Origin: Rhizaria sp. SCN 62-66
Lineage: Eukaryota
Length of the DNA: 46,139 nt
Reading direction: 5' to 3'
NCBI GenBank assembly: GCA_001724265.1
Contig: MEDY01000245.1
Span: 1 to 46,139 of the forward strand
The translations under genes were made by a program, and so were the position numbers. Shown piece after piece: positions 35,032-44,468 of this stretch; the first letter of the stretch is position 1; each line of letters begins with the position of its first letter. Under the pieces are notes generated by a model. The model was not told the origin of the DNA and did not search any database. It saw only the letters and a list, made by a program, of their open reading frames with translations.

Positions 35032-36249
35032 TTAGGCCTCGACGGGGATGGGGGCCGCGGGCGCAGCGGCCGGGGTGGCGGCGGACTCGTCCTTGTTCTC
35101 CTCGCCTTCGCCGACCGTGCTGACGACGGCCGCGGTGACCGCCACGGCCAGCGCTGCGACCGTCGCCACGGTCTTGACGACGTCGCTCTCGACCGCGCGC
35201 GTGGGGCCGTCCTGGCTGCTGTCCTTGAGGGCGTCGCTGTTATCCTTGCTGGCGGAGAAGTCCGCCGCGCTGGCGGCGCCGTCGGAGCTCGACACGCGCG
35301 GCGCGCCAGCGTCTGTCTCTCTAGACTCGCCGCTGCTACCGACGCCGGCGTCGCTGTCGTCGTCGTCGGTGATGAGCACATCGTCGTCGTCGTTGTCCTT
35401 GAAGTCCATCGACGCCGCGAAGCGCTTGACCGCGGCGCCGGCCTCGTCGCTGCCTTGCGCCTGCGCGTCGGCGGCCATCTGCGTCAGCAGCGCGCGCGCC
35501 TCCTCGCGCTCCGACGCCGCGTCGTAGTCGTCGTGCACCGAGATCGACAGGCGGCGGCCCTTGACGATCACGTCGGGCTCGCGCAGCAGCTTCGGCAGGA
35601 ACACGGCCTGCAAGTCGTCGAGAGTGATGTAGTTCTTGCTGCTGCGGTCCAGGTCTTCGAAGCAGCTGCGCGCGCGGATGCCCGCGTCGCGGCGAAAGCG
35701 CGTGTAGTGCGCCGCGAGAATGGGTGTGACGGTGTTGAGCGTGAGCTGCGAGTACCCGATGGGCTGCTTCGTGGCCTGTGCGAAGTGGGACACGAGGGCA
35801 GGCGCGATGAGCCGCGCGACCTTGGCCTGCGCCGCGATGGCGAGCTTCGCGGCGCGGAAGGCCTGCACGCGCGGCCACACGGAATAATTATCGACGTAGT
35901 CGGTGAGGTCCTTCATCTTCTCGCACACGGCGTCCTCCCAGGCCTCGTGGTGCAGGTGCATGGGGATCACGGTATCGTCGAGCTGCATCTGCACGTTCCG
36001 GATCTCGCCAGTCGCCGTCGCGCCGCCCGAGACCGAGGCCGCGAGCTGCTGCGCGGGGGAAACAAGGCGTTCGCCGTCTTTGTTCACCAGCGGCGGGGCC
36101 ATGTCCTCGGGGTCCGCGCGGAACGGCGAGTCCTTGGCGTAGTTGACGGCGGCGACAACTGAGTGCGCCGCGCCCTGGAGGATCGCGCGCTGCGTCGCCG
36201 TCCACGGCGTTTGCGACTCGGTGCGCGAGTCAGAGCACAGGTTGCCCAT
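35032..36249 (-). CDS. Putative N-myristoylated/palmitoylated EF-hand-containing protein, 405 aa
   Basis: Start MGNLCS at ATG 36249 (MGxxxS plus Cys), where GC-biased codons begin. EF-hand-like CFEDLDRSSKNYITLDDL. Acidic tail. Ends TAA. Confidence 0.65.
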   Translation of the reverse strand: MGNLCSDSRTESQTPWTATQRAILQGAAHSVVAAVNYAKDSPFRADPEDMAPPLVNKDGERLVSPAQQLAASVSGGATATGEIRNVQMQLDDTVIPMHLHHEAWEDAVCEKMKDLTDYVDNYSVWPRVQAFRAAKLAIAAQAKVARLIAPALVSHFAQATKQPIGYSQLTLNTVTPILAAHYTRFRRDAGIRARSCFEDLDRSSKNYITLDDLQAVFLPKLLREPDVIVKGRRLSISVHDDYDAASEREEARALLTQMAADAQAQGSDEAGAAVKRFAASMDFKDNDDDDVLITDDDDSDAGVGSSGESRETDAGAPRVSSSDGAASAADFSASKDNSDALKDSSQDGPTRAVESDVVKTVATVAALAVAVTAAVVSTVGEGEENKDESAATPAAAPAAPIPVEA

Positions 36250-37153
36250 GGGAGAGTTCTCGCTGCACGCAAAGGGCCGCGGAAGGGTTGGGTTGGGGGG
36301 CGAACGGAACCGAGGTGGTTTCGTACGGAGGGGGAGCTGAGTCGCGGGGTTCGTCAGAGTGGCGTTAGAGGTGCGCGCGTCAATAAAAGAGGGAAATAAA
36401 CGCATTGTTGATGGTTATCGTGAGAATTAGATAGTACATTATCATTACTGCTAGGTTTCATTACTTTGTGATCTCTAGGCATCGATTAAGATGTGCTACT
36501 ACACTTTCAAAAGAATACGGGTTGTTTCAATGCCTCCTTCGGCCAAACTGGTCAAACGAAATTTGCCATGACCACAAGAAGTTCTAAGGGATAGCCTTGA
36601 ATTCTAATGTGACCTATTATGCAAGCATTGTGCAGATTTGGTTGCATGCAAGTTTGACGGATCTCAAGAAGCCTAGTAAGCTCTTACAGGATCTCCGCGT
36701 GGCAACTCCCAAAGGAGCCTCGTCACCAGCCAGCGGTATCCGAACCTATCCAAGTTTGACTGTAAAGTCATCCGTTTGGGTCACTATCTTCTTAAACTTA
36801 ACCAATCCAATGCTAGATTTGGGCGTATAAAGTAAAACAGCTCAAATATAATCTTTATTCCGAGCATCTATACTCGTCAATCGCTGTAATGTCAAGATAT
36901 CCTTGCATATTTCTCGTAGGTCAACCCGACCGAGAGCGATGAAGATCATACGGCACACACCCGCAAAATAAACACACATAGAAACCAAACATCAACTAAA
37001 CTATTTAACATTAGTCGCCGTATCCTCATAAGCGCATCAGACACGCACAAGAGACGCATACCGATCTCTCAAGAGCTGACCGTGAGGATTCGACATCGCC
37101 CAAAGATTCCACGAAACGCGAGCGATCTCGCGTCGCAAAGCATGGGTCCGCGC

Positions 37154-38008
37154 TTACGCGTGGTAGGTCTGCACAACATCCTGCGCCTTCTGGAGAGCTT
37201 CAATCATCGCGTCCAGTTCCTTTGCGTTGAGCTCGATCTTGACGTTCCTGACGGCAGCGGCGGCAGAGTCAGCTTCCTCGGCCTGCGCCACGGGCGCAAG
37301 CTGCAGGTTCACCAGCACCGTCGGCTCCTTCAGCGCCGAAAGCTGCTGCGAGGACACGACAAGGCGCACAGACCAGTCGACGTCCTTGAGCGCGTGGGGA
37401 AAGAGGCGCGGCGCGCGCTCGATCAGCGCGGCGCGGACCTCGCAGGAGCGGGCTTGGATCGCGGCGTTAAACGCGGCGGCGTGCGCGGAGAGAGAAGCGG
37501 CCGCAAGTGCAGCGGTAGTCTATAGAAACATAGAAATCATCGATAAATTAGAGGAGTGAGAGCGTTTTGCAAGATTTGGGTGCGGCTTGAGAGTTGTAGC
37601 GAGAGACTAGTGCGAGGAGATACGCAAATAGAAGTTAGTTGGGGTAAATTGGAGAGTGGTGGATATGAGAAGAAAACGTACTTCAGTCTCGCCCCAGCGA
37701 CCGCCAATAATGGCAACAAGAAGGGTCTTAAGTGCAGTAAAGCTGGATGTAGGCACAGAGGTCTGGGTCTCCTCGCGGCCGCAGATGGAGTCGACGGCGA
37801 CGTGGAGCAGCTGCAAAAGGGCGATGGAACGAAAAGATGCGATAATATGAGTTATATATGTTCGTAGAAAGCCATTAACATAAGAAATTGCGAATTAAAT
37901 AAGCATGTGTGCAAGGAAACGCACCTGTGTGATGTCGGAGAGAGCGGCAACGGGCTTGAGCATGGCGACATCAACGACGCCCGTCAGTGGAGACTCCTCA
38001 GTAGACAT
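37154..38008 (-). CDS. COMMD8: COMM-domain protein (COMMD8-like), 192 aa, 3 exons
   Basis: Exons 38008-37925, 37810-37682, 37519-37154. Phase-0 introns GTGCGT..CAG (114 nt) and GTACGT..TAG (162 nt). COMM motif LKDVDWSVRLVVSSQQLSALKEPTVLVNLQL..VKIELNAKELDAMIEAL. Ends TAA. Confidence 0.85.
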
Positions 38009-38403
38009 CCCCTCTAAAGACAGCAAGAAACAAGGAAAGATCGGCTGTGAGCGCGAATTTGAAATTGATTATATGTGAACATACGGCGCGAATATCAATA
38101 AGTGGTGTTTACATTTAGATTGACGTTCAGAACATGGAGAGCTGAGCTGGTTTTGGAATGGGTAGATCGATCGACGCGACCTGGCTGCTGCCACCGATCG
38201 ATCGTGGTGACCGAGGTTCTGAAAAATCGCGACTTTACTGAAGCTAAACCAACAAAACACTGCGTAATTCTGTGATATCGATCATTTCGATACAAATATC
38301 TACTATTTTGTGTATATAAATAGTCTAAGTAACATAAAAACGTATATATAACAGCATATCATAGTGCTATGAAGCAACAGCACTCGAAGTAATTAATGGC
38401 AAC

Positions 38404-41400
38404 TTAAAGCCGTTTCTTCGCAATAGCGTTCTCAATCGTCGTCTTCACGATCATGAGCTTCTCCCCAAGCCTCGCCAATTCTTGCACACTCATTTGCTCC
38501 CACGGCCCCGCCCTCCCGCCGACCGCGGTCGCCACAGACCACGCCGTCGCGGCCGCCAGACAGCTCTCGAGCCTCGCCGCCTCGGCCCTCGTCGCTGCCG
38601 ACACCTCGCCCCTCGTCGCGGCCGACACCTCGCCCCCCGCGGTCCCGCTCGCCGCGCCGCCGCCGCCGGTAAGCCGGTCCCGCAGACGCTTGATCTCCCG
38701 CGTCAGCGCGAGCTCGCGCTCCGCGCCTTCCTGTGTCGCCTCCTCCCAGCCTGCGGCGCGCGCGGCGGCGACTTCGGTCTCGGCGGCGCGGGCGCGAGTC
38801 TCCCAACCGGCGGACCCGGCGGCCATCTGCGCGACCTCGCGCGCCCAACGCTGCCGCACGGCGCGCTCGCGGGCCACGTCGTCGGCGTTAAGCGCGCGGT
38901 ACCGCTCGAGCTCGTACGAAAGCGCGGACCGCAGGGAAAGACATTGGGACAGTGCGGCGAGCGAGTGTGCCGCTGACATCGTTGCCTGCAACGGTGGCGA
39001 CTGGGGTGATTGTGAGTCAGAGTCCGTCTGCAGCTGCAAGGTGTCGTTTGCTGATTGCGATTGGGAGCCAGTGGTATTGCTCTGCGTATTTTCAGTGTGC
39101 AAACTACTCGCGTTGCCACTATTGCTAGAGCTTGCATTGTCTGCTACTGTGTAGTCGTCGTTACGCTCGCTCATTGCTTCCTCGAATAGCTTCACCATGG
39201 CAAGTGTATCGCTGCTACTGAGCGCAGGCCACGTCGCCAGCGCTGGAGGCACAGCTGCAGCGGCGCGCGCAGGGGTGACGCTTAAGACTGACGGCGCCAG
39301 CGACGCACAGAAACGATCAAGCAACGAACTCATCTTGGCGTTATACTGTGCGTCACCAGTAGTGCAATGTTTGCCCAGCAACGAGTGGGTTAACCGGAAA
39401 AGTGCGTTGCCAGTACCGTGGTTTGTTGATGCAGTGTCTTCATCTAATGCGGCCGCAGCAGTCGCGGCAACGGTGGCGGCCCTGGTGAAGGCGGCTCGGA
39501 GCACGAGCGCTGACTCGCGATCACATTCATCGCCGCGTAACGCTGATACAGGCACAGCTTTAGTCAAAACATCATCGCTTTCACTCCCTCCGCTTGAGAT
39601 CTCACTCCTTGACGCTGTGGCAGAGGCGGCCTTGGCACTCGCTGCAGCCTTTGTCGTCGCAGAGACGAATGCAGGCGCGGTGTCGTCGTCGTCGCGGAAT
39701 ACCGCGCGCACTGCGGGGCTCAGCGGCGTCGGCACTGGCAGAGACGTGCTGCTGGTCGGCGTGCGCGGCGCTTTGTGGCTGTTGCCGCTGCTACGGCGGC
39801 GTGGCGGGCTCTTAGACGTCGCGTTGCCACTCTCAGACGCAGGCGCATTTGCGAATGCAGACAGTGGTAGTTGCGTAGATTGCTTGCTGGCAAAGACGTT
39901 GGTGTTGTTGCTAGACGCCAGTACCGCTGGTGTGGTGCTAACGCTGCATGTGTCGTCGTCGGAGTCGCTTGAGGCTAGATTGATCACGTTGGTGATACTC
40001 TCTGTAATGTATCTGCCCGAGTTTGGAGAAACAATCGGCGCTGCCGCTGCGGCTAATGCTGGAGTTGTGGCAGTTGAAAGAATCGGTTCCTGCAGGTAGT
40101 TGTCACCGCTCATGCTTGAGACCGCAGTGGCAATAGCACGCGCACGAGCGGATGCGTCACGAGCTGCCTCCGCGACCGCAGGGTCGTCGATCGCGGACAC
40201 AAAGCTCAAAATGTCGCCGCTGAGTGCTCCACTGGCGTCGGAACGCTTCTTACGCAAAGCTTCTTGAATCCACCGCCCTGACTCCGGGGGCGGCAACAAA
40301 TGTGAATAATCGTTGCTACTGCTCCCATTCGTCGCAGAGCTATTACTCACAGAAGAACTGTCGCCGGGAGCCGTCGACGCCCCAGAGCTCTGCTCACTCG
40401 CAGTGTTCTTGGCGCTCCCGCTGCTGCTGATGTGGATGTTGCTGTTGCTGAGGAGCGCACTCGGCGCCGGCAGCAAGCAGTCTGCGCTGTCATAGCTCGG
40501 GTCGAGCGCGCCGCCCCCGCGCGACACCACGATGGACCCCGCGGCCGCACCCGTCGTCACGCTGACGGGGCCGCCCATGGCGCCGCTGACGTTGTCGTGG
40601 AAACCGTGCGCGTACGCGACGCGCATCGGAGACAGCTGTGTGTGCGCAGCAGCGGAAACCGGCGTGGTGTGAGTGCTGGCGCTCGTGGCGTCATCACCTG
40701 CAGTTGGATCTGAAGAAGAAGCCGTGAATCCATTGGTTAAGTTGTTGTTGCTGGTGTTACTGGCTGCAGGAGCACGGAAGCACCCCGGCGCAAGCGGCCT
40801 CATCTGTGCACGCCCGGTCCGCAACGCCAAGGTGGCGAGAAAGCCGGTGCCCGCTCCAACCCTGGCGCTTGTGATTGGCGCAAACGCATTTGCCGCGTCG
40901 GCATCAGCGGTCGCCGCAGCGATGCCTGGGGGAACAGGCAAGGGCAGCAGATTCGGTGGCGAAATGGCTGTGCTCGCAGCGACGCTACTCGGATTAACTC
41001 CGTCACCAGTAGTTGGGTTCACAGTGCTGGTAAGCAGACTGAGTTTACGCTGATTGATCGCCACAGGAATCTTACTCTCGCGAGTGTTCGCGGGCATTGA
41101 CGTGATTTGACCAACACTTGATGTTGCGCTATTATCGGCAGCAGCTAATGTGGCTTTGGTAGCGGCAGCAGCGGCAGCGGCAGCAGCGGCCGCTGCAGAT
41201 ACATTGTTATTATTGTGGTTGCTGATGTTGTTCGTATTCTTGTTGTTGCTGTTGTTCGCGGTAAACGCAGTCGGCGTTGCGCTCGCGTCGAGGCAATTGC
41301 TCCCGTGCGCTGCGGAAATGCGACTGCTCACGGCCACCAAGTCGCGCGCAGTCGCAACGCCGCCGACTTCTGCGCTGTTCTGAGCGCGGCTAGGCGTCAC

Positions 41401-43182
41401 ATCCTGCGCCGACCGTGCTGTCGGAAGAGCGTTGAAGTTGAGCTTGGTCGCGCTCGAAGGAGTGCGCCCAGTGTAAGACGGCGCGGGCGTCGAGGTGACT
41501 GCAAATGATGGGTCGCCTCTACCAGGATAACTCTGTCTAATAATCATGACACTGTGAGGAGCAGGTCTTTGAATGATGTTGTAAGCTGCAGCAGCGGGGA
41601 TAACTGTAGCTGCAGGTTGTTTACTATGCGATGTTTCTGATGTGGTCTCGGAAGCGTTGTTTGTCGCAGCCACGCGGGGCCGTTTAGCGGTAGCGTCGGC
41701 ATTAGGCGGTGCTTGAGCAGAAGATGCAGAAACAGCTATATTCTTTGTGCTGCTGCTATTCTTGCTATTCAGTGTGTCAGCCGCCGCGCGCTTCAGCCCC
41801 CGATCGTTCGCACTAACTGTGGTCTCAACTCTAGCTGGCGCACTGTGCAGATTTGTGTGTGGATTAACGAAAACAAGTTCGAAGTCGGCGTCACTATCGT
41901 CGTCACTGCTGTCACCGCGCAAGGTATTGGACTGCGTGATTGGAATTTGAGTTGATGTCGACAGATGTGGCTTTGTCGCCGCAGCCTTCGGGGCAGAGCC
42001 GGAAGCGGTAGCAGCAGCAGCGGCAGCAGCGGCTGCGGCCGCCGCGGCAGCGGCTGCAGCAGCGAGCTTGTTTACAGGCGGCGGTCGCTGCGCACATGCA
42101 CTCGCCGCGTTGCATACGGCCACGCCAAACTCGTGTTTACTGCCACCGACCCTAACAGCGTTGCCGCGAACATAAGCGTGTTGAGGTTGCGGCTGCAGAC
42201 CGTACCGTGACGGTGAGTGCTGCAAAAGCGACTCCGGCCTCTGTCGCCGCAGCTGCTGTTGGTGTTGGTGTTGCTGTTGCATAATCGCGCTTTGCCCCGC
42301 CGCCGCGGCCACGGCGAGTGCCAGCTATTCCGCCTCCGCGGTCACGGGGCAGCTCGCGGCCAGCGCACGCAGCACGTGCGCGGTGGTCTCGCTCTCGAAC
42401 GGGGCCGGGGCCGCGGGCCTGGTGCTCGCGACGCGGCTGGGGCTCGCTGCCAGAGCCGCTGTCACAGTGACGGCCGTGTGCGAATGCGATTGCGCCTGCG
42501 GCGGTGAGATTGCCACAGCGGCTGACATAGCGGCAGCGCTAGGTGAAATGACGTGACGAGGAGGCGTGCGGGACGGCGAGGGTGAGCGGCGGCAAAGATT
42601 AGCATTAGTAGAGCTTGTAATCACGGTAGCACTTGTGCTGACACTGCTGAGAGACGCGCTTGGACTCGTGGTGATCGACGCGTAGGAGTTTGTGGAGAGC
42701 GCAAAAGAAGCTTCGTGGGTGTCACAGCGCGTTGACACCCCCGAGATCAACGACGATGGCGACAAGGACGACGACACTGGAGGGGGGCTTGCGAGAGAGG
42801 CTGCAAACGCGGCCCGGTTGGCGGTGGTCTGGAAGTCGCGCGCATTGACGAGAATCGAGGGATTGAGTCCCTGATCTGTCAAAGTCACAAACCTGCGCGC
42901 AGTGTTCGGGTCTGCGTAGCGCGGTGGAGGTGGAAGCAGGCGGGATGGTGTGCCGGGGGCAGAGGAAGCCGAGGCTGGAGCATGGGCAGGAGACAGGGAC
43001 GTGGGCGGGGTGCCTGGGTGTGGCACCGCTGTGTGCGCTGCCATAGGGCTTTGGTGGACAACAGTTGGTGCATGATTTGATGGTATGTTATTAAACCATT
43101 CGTCAAGAAGTGCTATGCCTTTCAGGGCTGATCCTGCAGCGTTCTGACGCTTTGACGAGTTAGAAGGGGGGAAGCGATCCAT
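38404..43182 (-). CDS. Large low-complexity protein with C-terminal coiled coil, 1592 aa if TAG 42325-42327 is decoded; function unknown
   Basis: ORFs 42325..43182 (ATG after an AT-rich spacer) and 38404..42312 are in one frame, separated only by TAG CTG GCA CTC GCC. C-terminal heptads and GPWEQMSVQELARLGEKL. Ends TAA before an AT-rich spacer. Confidence 0.75.
38587..38634 (-). repeat. 24-bp coding tandem duplication (GEVSAATR x2)
   Basis: CCTCGTCGCTGCCGACACCTCGCC followed by CCTCGTCGCGGCCGACACCTCGCC. Confidence 0.85.
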
Positions 43183-44468
43183 CGGTCAGAAAAGCTAAAC
43201 GGTTTCACCTGATTCTACTCGTAGTATCTAACCTTGTCAGTGTAAAAAAGCAGAACATAATGTTGACGTAAGTTTTAAAAAAAATCAATGCGAAACAGTT
43301 AATAATACGGTCATGGTAGAACACAGGCGTGGATCAAAAATAGAGCCCTCCGTTAGTGTTCTTCAGACTCGCTTTCGACCACAAATCTTTTGAAGCGACA
43401 TTGTCAAACCTGGGAGAATAGATAAGCTTGAGTAAGTCTATTGTGGCTGAACCAATGTTGTTATTGATAAACCAATAATTCAAAAACATACAACGCCTCT
43501 AAAGTATTATAATATCTTAGTTACATATCTGGGAGAATCGTATAGCGATCGATAAGCTTGCCAGGAAGTCTCGCTCTCATCGCGTATCCCCCGTCTGTCT
43601 CTGCATCTTCGTAATGCACACAGGCACCAACTTTATCTGGGTGACAGACCGAATGTCGCTGTATTGGACTCGTTGGACACGTTGAAGCTGCCGCCTTATC
43701 AGGTTGACACACGCTTGGTTGCTGTACGAGTTCATACGAAGCGTTATCGTGGGCTCGGATGCATGAGTTCCGAATCAGTTGAAAGCAAGGTCCGTTCGGG
43801 CCGATAGATGCTTCTCCGAGTGAGAGACTTTGCTGTGATATAATACACGTAGTTATCACTTTCAATTCCGGCAAGTGTTACATAGAACTTACTAGATCAT
43901 CGAACTTGTTCAATCTTAGTTATTTGCACGATGCTTTACTGTTTTTCAGCTTTCACTGAGGTTTGAGGGGCACCTACAGAACAAGTTTTTGTCGTTCAGA
44001 TATTCGAATGTGATTAGATAGTAGAACAGAAAATACATGCATGTGTATGGGACAATAAAAAATAATAAGCCCAATCGAAAAGAGAGACACTAGATATACA
44101 TAATTGCAGGTCGTAATACACATCACAGTGTTTTTTCTGGCTACTTTGGCATATGACATGTTTGCTCTGAAGTACGCAGAGAGCACATTGATTGTTTTTG
44201 TTTTGTTTGAAAATATACACTGTGACCATGGGTCATGAGGATAACAAAAACATATCAATAAGAGAATGCACATATGACTTCGTCTAGAAACAGACAAACG
44301 CAAAAATAAATGAACATTTACATAAGAACAAGTCTTTCATCAGATCAGGACTTGTACGCATAACAACAAAAGTACTATGAGCTCACGTGGACAAAATACA
44401 ACAAAACCAAAAGCTACGATAAACCAAACGCATTTCTGCTGCTCATCAGACAGAAAAATATCATTTTC

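Noticed and set aside
36420-37150. Suppressor tRNA-CUA or other tRNA/snRNA in intergenic DNA
   Set aside because: By eye I found no cloverleaf with a GTTCRA T-loop or snRNA signature here or in the other spacers; tRNAscan-SE/Infernal would be needed to exclude it.
8240-42327. Internal TAGs explained as 3' splice sites or as parts of introns
   Set aside because: No GTRCGT donor or AT-rich 87-162-nt intron body flanks them, and both sides look coding. Only 25797 has a pyrimidine-rich upstream stretch, and it translates as a good ARM helix. Not fully excluded without cDNA.
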